Source: Tubiluchus corallicola
Taxonomy: Eukaryota; Animalia; Priapulida
Assembly: GCA_030141605.1 (NCBI GenBank)
Contig: JAQGDQ010000192.1
Coordinates: forward strand, 62,001 to 126,000
Direction of reading: 5' to 3'
Length of the DNA: 64,000 bases
Of the stretch, positions 25,686 through 38,100 are shown in pieces. The notes beneath the pieces are model-generated. The model saw only the letters and a program-made list of their open reading frames with translations, was not told where the DNA came from and did not search any database. How positions within the stretch are numbered: the stretch's first letter is position 1; the number at the start of each line of letters is the position of its first letter. The position numbers were made by a program, and so were the translations under genes.

Positions 25686-27588
25686 TCATAATGCCACAGA
25701 AATAACTGGAAGCTGAAGCCCTTGTCAAGTGGTGGGCCGATCTCATACAGCCAGTCGCTTTATTCTCTTCTCTGGTTGTTAATCATTACAATTTGGTTGC
25801 CATTGACCCCCCCCCCCGCCCCCGATAAAGGACAAGAATTGCCTTCAGACAAAAATATTGACTCATCTTATCCGAGATTAGATACGAGGCAATAAATAAA
25901 AGGCTAAAGATGATATGCAAATTACGTACCAGTTTTGCTGTTACCGTTTAATTAGGTATAACCATAGCTTTACTCATTTTTCTTATTCATGCATATTTAC
26001 CTCTATTTTAGTTTTGTTTTTATTCTCCAAGCCTACAAATGTTACTTTATTACCTTTCTTCCTAAATTAAATTAATCTTACCTATTTTAGGAATGCGTAT
26101 CTGGGTGCAAACAGCTTATTATTTCAACGTCAACGCAAGTCGATTGACATTTTCCCAGTTTTTTCCTAATAAAATTACTCAGCAGCGCCCACTAATCAAT
26201 CACTTGATCATTCAGTTTGTCAAAATGGTTCGATCAATCAGCAGATAGAATAGCAAGGCTCTAAAATTGAAACTAAATACAGAGAATCAGGCGAAACTTT
26301 TTCAAGGTTCAAGATACACTGTTTAACAGTTTTATACATTTATCTATTTATATGGCTAAATTGTTAGCTAGCTCACACTATGCAATGCATATACAGATTG
26401 TCCTAAAAGCTCAAGAGACTAATTGGTATTACAACGCAGAGCGGATGATACTCATACATATGTCACGGCGCACATGTGAAGAAAACGTAGAAAAGAAGTA
26501 ATATAAGTGAAATCATATAACAAGTAACTCGCCAAATCCGTTGTGCTCCGTGCTGGTTGTCATTACGGAACAGGTACTGAGGTGGAAAACACACCTGTCG
26601 GTCAGCCTACTGAACCGACGAGGCCATTCCATAGTGATGGTTTTATACCTAGTATTCAACGCCACTATGCAATGGCTTCGTATTGACGTGGCCACCGCAA
26701 CGTAGAGGGGTAGGTCGAAAATAAATGGCATTTTGCCTCCATAACAGTATAGTAATTAAAGCTGTAAATTTTGGCCTGCAAATAGAGGTCTTGTATATAT
26801 TTCCGTATAAACCTATGTACAAGTCAAAAAGCTTTTTCATCACCATCAGTTACCTCAACAGATCGACCTGTGTGTGAAAATTATATAATAATAAAAAACA
26901 GAAAGTAAAGAAATAACACAAAAACTGATATAAATAAAGTGATGACATAAAATATATGTTGGTGTTTGTATTGTGCTGATGCTAAATATACGTATACGAA
27001 CAATTTTGTATACGTACAATCGTACGTAGATACATACATATACATGTACTCTCATTAAATTGATCAGTCACATGTACACGTGAGTGTAGGGAAAGGATAT
27101 GAGTAGATAAATACAAGCGTCTGTTATTGTTCTCTATGTGGTACGTCTCACGAGTTTACTATTTAGTATTCTCTTGGCTAAGCTACTAAATTCCACTTAT
27201 TTTAATATAAATTGATTTTCGAAAATTAACTCACGGCTTCAAAAATTATTTTAAAGGGCAAAATTTGTACTCTAAATGGAGTTTTCACCCCAAAACCTTA
27301 AATATCACATATTTATATAAAGTGTGTAGTTCAAACAGGACACGAGATTTAGGCGTTTTTACCTTTCTCCGTAGCGGCCATATTGAATTTTGTGAAAACA
27401 GGCTACCAGAGGTCGCTGCCGAGTTGCTTGCGATGGTTTTTAGAATCCTTATGTTCATGTCAAACAACATGCCAAATCGCAAAAACTATGCACAAAACGC
27501 ACAATTGTTCACATGCACAGGTAACCACCCCATTAATATAATTTTCTTATTTTCAGCTGACATCAACTCTTATGACTGTGACCTAAGA

Positions 27589-27732
27589 ATGGAAGCTTTG
27601 ATTAAAAAGGAATTAGACACCAACGAGTTCCGTCCTTTTGGCTCAGGTGGTGGAGGATGTATCAATGAGGGTCAGGGTTACACCATTGATGGAAATGAGA
27701 AAATATTCGTCAAGTTTAACTTCAAACCAGAG
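27589..27732 (+). CDS. FN3KRP: FN3K exon 1 (MEALIKKEL...GGGCINEG...FVKFNFKPE)
   Basis: P-loop GGGCI, FVK lysine, gag|gtaagt donor. Confidence 0.92.
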
Positions 27733-30700
27733 GTAAGTTGAATTCCAAGAAGATAACGTTCCGAGTGTTACTGAACCAGTATACAGTAAATAGTACAAGC
27801 CACTGCAATAGCAGATAAATAGAAATTTATTGGTGTTTTGAATAAGTTTTCCGGTTACTGTCCCATTAACAATTAGCAATTGTTGGATGCTTGTTTCTTG
27901 TCTGTTGTTTGTTGGAATTTAATAATTAAACGGCGTCTCAAAAATTTGTTCAAAGCACCAATAACTTTCTCTTTTATCCGAAGAATTAGCGGTGTTTGTT
28001 CTATTTTTAGTAAGTTTAATTATAAACCACTATTTATGCAGGCAGTTAGCAACTGGAACATCATCAGGATAATGTCAACGCAACCTAGTAATCAAGCCTA
28101 GTGATTACTTCAGATTAGTAACTACAACTACTCAAAAGAAGCCAAGATAAACAAACAATGTCTGCGTTCAGTTTTGCTTAATGCAAGCTAAATAATAACA
28201 GTGACTTACGTCATAAGGCTATATCGCATCTGGCTTAATCACTTTGGGCATCACATATCGTTATTATCTAATGTAACAAGTAATGTAAACTCACATGAGA
28301 TTTAGGTACAATATCCCTATAGGCTTGTTAATTTGTCATGGTCTATCTGATGACCTACGTGAGCTTTCAGCCCTTCGTTATAAAATATTGACTGCAGTAC
28401 ATTAATATCGAAACTGTAAGTTGTAGCCCATTATAAACTACTTTTTATGTAGAAAACTGGCTATTTGTTTTACAGATTTTATTTTCCACTCATTGTAAAA
28501 AAGGTGAAACTGCAATAGAAACAAGAAAAAAGAACATGAAACAAAAATAAATCAATAACAGACGTGCAAAAAAATAAAAAAAGGAACAAGCATTAGCAAA
28601 TTAACAAGAATACTGAAGCAGAATTTACAAATAAATAAACTTCCTGACATATCACAAATCAATATGCACGCCCCCACAAAAACACGCATATGCATATGCA
28701 GTTGCAAAAATCAATAATTAGGCATCACTGTAACACTATTAGAAACTATTGAGCTGACAAATAAATTACTGGAAAGCTCTGCATAAAAATGAAGAAACAC
28801 ATGAACTTACAAACGTTTGAGGATCTGTAGAAAAAACGTTAAGCCACTCTTCAGAAATCAACAGAGACATACTGATTTTACAACAGTGGCATACTAAAAC
28901 AGGATTTTTTCCTATTCTAAGGCTATCTAATCGCTCATACAAGAGCGGCCAAGCATGTCAAACAAACTCTACAGGTAATGCAAAAATAAATAATGACACT
29001 CTGGAATCAACACACCTGGCTTCACTGTACCCATGCTAGCCCGAGAGATAACATTTTATAAACATTCATTTCTAGTTATGCTACCTGATACGTGTAATAA
29101 AATAGTATTTACAAATAATTTTGCTGAAATGCATTTATTTAGGCAAACTCTATTAACGAATTAATATTTTAATCCATTTAAGTTATATGCAATATAAAGG
29201 CATTTTAATTTATAACACATTTCTATCGTCTGCTCAAGATAGGGCTAAAAAACCCTTGTATAGTTTTCCAGTCACTATTGCTATTAAGAAGCTTTTAAAG
29301 TTTTCCAAATTAAAATAATGGAAGCGTGCTTGTTAATTTTTTGGGGTTATTTTACATTGGTCTGGTTTAATGGAAGCTGGTCAGCAAGCTTGCAAAAAAA
29401 TACATACATGTATTTTTTGCGTGGTTTATTGGACAATGGTAAGCCAGGCAAAGAGCGATCGCATGAAGCCATACGCAGCTCAACTCACTCACTTCTGAGC
29501 CTGGAAACATACCTCTGGCAAACGTGACTTTGGCAAACATGACTTTGGCAGACATCGCTGTTACATTATATGTATTGTATGTACTTAAGAATCAAACAAG
29601 AATTCATGGCTAAATTGTTTGAATCGCTTGGTATATCACGTAGATTTCATATTCTAACAGATAATTCCAAACTAATACCTATAAATAGCTGCCATCAAGC
29701 CTTTTCTTGCAGAAGAAACTCGCTGTCAACTCAGCTATGCACATAATTCACACTATATAGATGATTTCACTAGTATGGGTATGCATTGTATCTACTGCAA
29801 AATGAACGAGTTAACGCACATCTCATTAGCAATACCATTAATTCAGACCACCATTAGCGACAGCTACGTGCAGTGCTACTAGTAAATGTCATGTTAATGT
29901 CAGTGCGTGAGTGCATAAGATACTTAATGAGCTCTTATATCGTGAAATTATCTGCGAAACTTCATTCATCACCATTATGCAATGACTCACCATTACGTAT
30001 CATAGCTATGGTAGCACATTACAAGGGAGGGCACTGAAAATTTAATACGTTTGAAGTTAAAGTATGGGTTAGTATGCTCATGGCGTTAAAACAGTGAAAC
30101 AGTTGCATTTTAGGAACATGCTTGCATATTTGAAACTGACTTAGTGTGCGGCTTTAATAAAAATAAACAGAAAAAAATTAAATTAACCTAAAGCTATAAG
30201 AGGAGTTGAGTAATAACCGAAAAACTAACCAACATGCATTTCATCATTCGCTAGTTAGACTGTCGCTAGCGCCTCCATTTCGGAAATGCATTGCACAAAA
30301 ACAGACGCTATACCTCTCAGTTCAGATGTGCTAATCTGTGACGAACAACACGCGTTCGACAGCTCGTGCGTGAGCACAGCGGTAAATTTGAAATTTGGAT
30401 ATTTTTATCTTAAAACTTGCCTAGTTTTTGTACAACACACTCAATATCTTACAGTAGCAGTGTACTTCAATTTTCGCTTCGCAAACGCGTGCAACACGCT
30501 CATATAATATTTTTTCTGTTCAAAATTATGTTAGTTTGTGATGTCGTCAATAGATGGGCTCGCCTGCCGTTTATTAAGTTTTTAATCTATTATTTTATTA
30601 TCAGAAAAGCTTTTGCAGTATTAATTGTGTTAAAATGTATACTTTTATCGGAATTGAAAATGGGTTAGTATATGAGAAATCATCCCGTCTTCATTTAAAA

Positions 30701-33700
30701 ATGGAAGTGTTGCCAATGTTGAAAATGACGGAGTAAACACCTTAAACAACACTTGAAACTCTGAACATTGGTAGACAAAATGAATTGTCTTGAAATTGTT
30801 CTGATGGGAATATCTTGAGCTTAATTCATTTTCTCACGGAAAAAAGCCAAATGTAGAAATTAGAGTGCCATTTTAAATCGGTTTTCTGTTCTTTAATTTC
30901 TGCATGTGTATGGATCGTGATCATTTTACACCATTGGCGTTGGTGGTTCTTTTTGCGCTCATCTGATTCTCACCCTTCTCGTTGTCATAATCACCGTCGT
31001 CGTCAGTGTCATTACCGCTATTGTCACCATCAGTTATTCATGTTTGCTGCTTTTCGGTGGAAACTAGTGCAAATTTTGAGAACTGGGAAACGACAGTTTT
31101 GAGATCTTCGCGAGTGAGCCTGTTAGAGTGCAATAACTGAGAGCAGCAGACAACGACGCGAAACGTCGCGCATTATTGACAAATGATGCTGTATGTTACA
31201 TGTATTAGCGTTGAACCAACTGAATTGACATGACTTAATACCGGCCGACAATGTTGTTATTTTCTAAATTGGGACGTTTGTGTGATAATATATTATATCA
31301 GTAGAACTGCGGTAGAGAGGGCTTACCGATCGATAATATGTCAGCAATTTTATGTAATCTGTCTTAGGCCCAGTCCATTCCAGTTGAAGTTTCAACAGCA
31401 AATTCAAATTCCATTTGGTTTCAGCTGAATTCTCAATTTAATAACGTAGAGCCTGGTTTACACGACCAGTGGTAAACACGACTCATAGATAAAATTAGTG
31501 GTATTGCTGCTTTAGAAATTTTTTAGCCATTGTTTTAATATTGTGTAAAACGTAACAAACATACGTAATTTTAATGTTGTAGTTATATTTGAAAATCAGG
31601 TGTTCAATGGCCTCTTTTCCTAACTCCAACTTTCTCATGGAAAGACAGCTGTGAAAAATTAAACGGTTGTAGTTCACTTACAGTCACAGAACTTATTTCT
31701 TGGGGATGCAAGGCGTCCATTATTAAATAATTTACGTTTTAAGCACACGCGTTAAATTTACACTTTATCACATCCAAGAATATGACGGCATGCGGCAAGC
31801 ACTTGGCAATTGTTACTGTGATAGCACAGTGCTTTTCTACTTAGCAGCAGACGATAGCATACAGCGTGTTATCTCAGACATGTGCGCATGCCCGCATGCG
31901 CACAACAGCCAAACACCACTTTACTTGGGCTTTGAAGCAAATTGTACTTCCTTCACTCCGGTTCCGCACAAGTATAAAAAAGAACTAAGGAATAAATTTA
32001 TTATATTGAATATTATCGATAACAAGGGGTGAAAACAGGGGATGCTGCAGTACCGCAGTACCTATACACGAGCCGCCACTGTACACGACTGCATTCGGTG
32101 CCATCTCCGTGTTCCAGCTTTTAAGATTTTTTCGTCCTTGTATCTAAATGTGTATAATCCCGGGTTAATGTGTGGCATCCATAGCTTGCATCTGTGACGT
32201 TCATCTGTATACATACACACATATTTGTAACACGCTATCATTGCGATCTACACGGAATTTCTATTAACACACAACAGTTGCTAAGTAGAGACTTACATGT
32301 ATTATGCAACTGCCAATTTGTAATGGCAAAGATTTCGTGTAAACATCAATCAATTCCGTCTACTTATTAAATGCGTTCTAGCTGTGCATTACATGTGACA
32401 CAAAACATTTACAGTAATACAAGCTGGTGGAGCACAGTCCTGTTTCTTGCACGAGGCATAGAGACGTAGGCCTAGCTAAATATAGTGTAAGCGATAACAA
32501 CAAACTTAGAATTTCTTGAACTGCTGCAATGGTTTCACACTAGTATGGATGTAAGATCATTATGTACACGTGTCACATCATTATGGATGCATGTCAGATC
32601 ATCAGTACTTGTCACCTCTTCACATTAACGTCAGCACTGACTGTGAGTGCCTGTCACATTATGGCATCATTGTGGATAAATTGCGGCGCATTTGAACATG
32701 ATATTTCTATTGGCATTGATTACAGTCAAATTTTTATACGTTTTACGAGGGGGTTAGGCGTGTCTAAAAATTTCGTAGAACCACCAATTTCTCATGATTC
32801 CTGTGTAGAATTAATGCGAATAAAAATATTTGATTTTTCATCCTACACGGCCAGTAAAACAGTTTTATTACTCCGGATTCGGAAATTGGGAGGAGCATTT
32901 AGGTTTCTGGTTAATGATAAGTAGATTACATTCGCTGATAACTGATCCATTACAAATGAGAAAAGCACTGAAATTTTATAATCAACTCATGGTACATATT
33001 TGTGTGATGATTCAGAATGTTAAAATAAACAAGCTAAAATACAATTAAAATCTGCGCACAATTCATTTACGGATTAATTAGTAATCACCCATATTTTTAT
33101 TACTCAACCAGTATTGGATATCACACTTTTCCATTTATCAGCTTGATTCCTGACTTATGAAAAGTACAAAAAAACTTGCTCGTGCTTTGCAGACCTACAA
33201 CTAGAAAGTTTAAAGATTAATCTGTTAATTTAGCTTTTTTTTCCAATCACTATGTGGAGCAAAATAAAACCGGTACGCAACGATAATGACTTACACAAAC
33301 TTATATGTATATATCAAGTGGCGAAAAAGTATGCCCGATGTTATATCATGATGAAATAAGAAGAAAATAACGGAATCAATTGGAAATTGCCGTACTGATG
33401 TTACAGACAGTTACGTATAAACACCAAAAATTTTAAGTCACTCCCTTGGACGTTCACAAAGACAGAAGTTTTAAAACAACAAGTAAAATGCCGGAAAAAA
33501 ACTTAGTATATCACTTTTGTTTTAAAATTGACAGCAACTGCCCTACATGTCCGCCATTTTCACTGCAAATTAGACGAAGACGGTCTTCCAAGGTCCCAGC
33601 AGTTCCTTTAGTTTTTTCCGTACAAAACGGCTCTGTGTGCCAATTGTAACGCTTTCTCGTAATCCAGAAAATTAAATCCCGCGCTTTATTTTCGGTGGTG

Positions 33701-35119
33701 AAGACTAGTGATGTAAACTAGTTAATTGCTTAATTGTTTTGCTCAATGTATTGAGCGCTCTCTACATCATTGAACACGGCTGTTTCTTAATAATTGATGA
33801 TTAGCAGCTGATATTGTTTCCGGCACTTAAAAAAGTATTAAACATTAAAAAACATTAAAACTATAAACTTGTAATTTCACAGCTAAAAGCTACTGTATTG
33901 TAATGTCAGACTGTGAAATTTCAACTTTATAAATTACTCACTTCTATTGTTATTGTAGTGCAAACTTACGGCACATTTACCCTGCGTTGCACGATACATA
34001 AATTTGTTGTAGATTACTAACGTAGACTGCTAAAATAGTATAGTCCTTTTGTAATTCCTGAAATAGTAGAAATTATTCTCTGCCCAGGCAGAGCTTTGCG
34101 TATTACGTTAAAAGAAAAACGAAAGACTTGAGCTGGTGAATAGGGTGCATGGGCCTTCAACGAATACGCTATAAGGACTGCTGAACTATAACATATTTGT
34201 TCTACAGGGTTCTACTCTGCTCACTTTCAGAAGTCAGGTGTAGCCGAAAACGCTATAATATAGCGAAAGTCCTATCTAGTGAAGTAAGCCAGATTGCAGA
34301 TTTTCGGGTTACACCAATACCAGAACATAGCTTTAATAAACATCCCATCAAAGGTAAATTTGACATTGTCGTCCTCAATATCGTCTTTAACCTGTGTCCG
34401 TAATGATGACTTTCTTGAGGGTGTCACGTTATAGTGCTTGTGAAATTATACACGTCATGCATTTATATGTGTGACAACTAATTTCCTCACTGCCTCGTTG
34501 TAGAAGCCGCTAGTTTACGTGCAGCAGTCGTATAGCTGCAACACAAATGTCGACAGTCTCTTAAATCAATACGAACTCTTTGGCTCGACTAAACGTCAAA
34601 ATCAATTTTTCATTTGTGAAGAAAGTTTGTACGTCTCACGTGAGCGACGAGCGTATTCGCTTTTATTTGCTGATTTATTGAACTTGATCCAGGCACGTGG
34701 CGAGGTAAAAGCGATTGACGCACAAGTATTGTACCTTTGTGGCATATTGTGGTTGCTGCGTGTCCATCAGCCATTAAAAGTGCTTGAGAGTAATTTTAAG
34801 TGACAGTTATTATCAAAGCTGTCCCGCAGAATATGTCAAATAACTATAATCCATAATATTTGTATTATTATTTGTACAACTGTGTACACAGTGCACAAAT
34901 AATAATAATTCTAAAATAAAAAATGTGCAGTACATAGCATAAGCACATGGACTAACCAGATTACATTCGCGTTTTATTATGCGCAGTACATGTATTACGT
35001 ACTTGATTGCTTGTAGCGTACTTTCTTGAATGGATATTGCTGAATAGAAAATGTTATAAAATGCGTTTTCCTTTGGTAATTTGATCTATTAGCATATTTT
35101 AATTTTGAATACCTGAGAG

Positions 35120-35193
<74 letters not shown>

Positions 35194-38100
35194 TGAGAAG
35201 CAGGTATTTAATTTACACTGGCTGCGTAATTAACTGTATGCAAGACAGAAAATCATGCCACTGTTTCTTTTTCAAACCAGCGGCACACTATATGGTTACC
35301 TAGCTTCTATTCACACGGTTTTTAGCGAATGTCATCCCTTCTCAGAGAATCCACCAAGAAAACCAAGTTAAAAAATAAAACTTTGCGAAGTACAGTTATT
35401 ACATAATGTGAATTCATTTCTTTGCAGGGCTTATTTGCTCTGGGATTAAATGTGATTATGAATGATGCTCATTTTAAAAGGTCAAACGCAGCTATTTGGA
35501 TAGTACCATATATCATATATCATAGCTTTTCAACTAGAAATTTTTATTTTTTATATAAACATATTTTTATTTTATTGCTATCTTTAGTATTCAGTTAAAA
35601 CTGCCGAAATTTATAATTTTACCCATTTAATTTGTACTGCAATGTTTACAACACAAAAGTGTTGTTCAAACATATAATTAGCTAGTTTGTTTTCTTTCTC
35701 TCTCGATCAGTAGGGTGCGACTAATAGATTAACATCGCTGCTCCTAAAAAGTCAGCCTAACTAGCTCAACACCATACTACAATGCTTTATGTGTAATAAT
35801 GTACATTTAGTAATATATTTTGTTTTAATATCAATAGAAAACAACAACAACGACAACGACAACAGCATCTCATAAACAATACACAAAACACAATAAGGTT
35901 AGTACACAAACAAATAAAATTTGCACTATAGAGATGAAATTATTGCTTCTTGTTTATTTCTATTTTGTACTTGTTACGATGAATAGTTAGTTTATTATTT
36001 ATAAAAATGGTATGAAGAGATGTTTTGTTTGCATTTTAATTTTGTTGACAGTTTTCTGATAAAATAAGGAAACATATCAATGCTAAAACGTGCTTTACAA
36101 TAAAAAAATAGTTAAATCAACAGCAAATACAACAAAGATGCCTTAACTTGTTCATTTTAAACACCCGTGCTTGCTTCAGAGTTCTTAACGTCTATGTTTT
36201 ATTTTTAGGCAAGACGATTATTTGATGGGGAATTTGCAGGTTTATCAGCAATGTTGGAGACAAACACTGTACGAGTGCCTAAACCAATCAAGGTAGTAGG
36301 AAACATCAATTTACTTTTAGCTTAACAGTCTACATACAGACAACATTGTAGCGTGGTTACTATCCATTGCATTAGTTAACTGCAACAGGGCGTTTGCCCA
36401 ACATAGATGGCGCAGTTTATAACAATATCCAAGACTATTTTAAGAACTTCTTTTTTGAAAACGTAGTGTTCCGCGGGCTTTCGAGTTTCTATTGCTGTTT
36501 AGTCGTTGTTCTCCTAAAGTTGTTATTAATATTACTTTTACTTTTCTAATTACGTGATTATCATTTTTATACGGTGTTGTGGGGCATATCAAAACACAGT
36601 TGTTTTACAATCTTGCCTGCAGTATAAACAAATTTTGTTTGGCATTCTTGAAAACCACTTTTTGATGAAAACCACTTTTTGAAGAAAAGTACATTTTTGA
36701 GAGAAATCTTATTGCGCGTTTTTTTTGCTACGTGCACACAATTCTGCACAGTTTCAGTGACGTAATTCAATATTTCCAACTAACGTCCTTCTATTCACAC
36801 AGTTTTTAGCGAATGTCATCCCTCATCTGAGAATCCACGAGTAAAACCTATGTAAAGAAATAAAACTTTATGAAGTACAGTTATTAGATTATGTAAGTTC
36901 ATTTCTTTGCAGGGTTTATTTGCTCTGGGACAATGTGATTACGAGTGATGCTCATTTTAAAAGGTCAAATATAGTTATTTGGATAGATAGTGTATCGTGG
37001 CTTTTTACTAGAATCTTATATTTTTTATATAAACATATTGCTACATTTGGTATACAGTTAAAACTACAGAAATTTATGAATTTATTCATTTAATTTATAT
37101 TGCAATATTTACAACACAAAAGTGTATTTTAAACATATAAATTTTATTACGTTACGTTTTACATTAAGTCTGTATTACGTTTAAGTCTTTACATTGGCTC
37201 CTTTTTTGGTGGATTCAATGATGATGGATGATTTCATCTGAAAGATATGAAATGAGGAGGTAGTATTCAGGTATACCATTGTTTTATTCAATGTGAAGCG
37301 GAGGCTTCATTATTCTGGGTTTCTGCTAGTAGAATTGCTAACTAATTTGACCTGTAACTAACTGTGTAAACAGAAAAATGACACAACGACTTCACGTAAA
37401 AATGGTACACACAGTAATTGTATTATGTCGGAAGATGAACGTTGCACGAGATGTTGATAATAATTTATTTATTAACACAATTATTGTTTGTTTTTTCTGA
37501 ATCAAAGGTGTTAGATAACCCACAATCAGGCGCCGTACTTATTATGGAATATATAGAGATGTCGCATTTAGATAACTTCGATGGAAAACTGGGAGAAGAC
37601 TTGGCAAGGTAAAAAAATGATCATTACACTAAACAGAGTATAAAACTTAATCACAAGTAAGTCATACTGTTGCGAATAATTATAATTTGGAAAGCTTTGG
37701 GCTTCCAATTGAATTGGCTTTGTAGACTTATAATAATACACGTAGTGTAGAGTTTTAATACGCATTTTATCAAAATTTATTCCTTTGCAGCATTCTGTGA
37801 CATATATTAACCAATTTCATCATGTAGTATTTAAATTGATCATAGTACAACGGAAAAAGATAAAAAAATAGAAAAAAATCATGGACGAGAAACAATGTTG
37901 TGCCTAAAATTCTATTGTATAAATAGGTACAATGCTCTTTTTGAATACTATCATGATTGCTTTTATTTTTTGTAGTGCATTATCAATTAATCATTATTTT
38001 CTGGAGTGTGTTTATACATGCATGTAGCTAGTAAGTAGAACCTATGTTCAACAATTAGGTAAATATGTTGCTCAGTAAATAGGTTCCGTAAAATTGACAA

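Noticed and set aside
26461-26947. Second solo LTR (TGTCAC...GATGACA, TATA-like on - strand)
   Set aside because: No convincing TSD or poly(A) signal could be established.
27265-27588. N-terminal extension of FN3K suggested by the 158-aa ORF
   Set aside because: Homology starts at MEALIKKEL (27589); upstream part overlaps repeat-like sequence and an acceptor at 27556.
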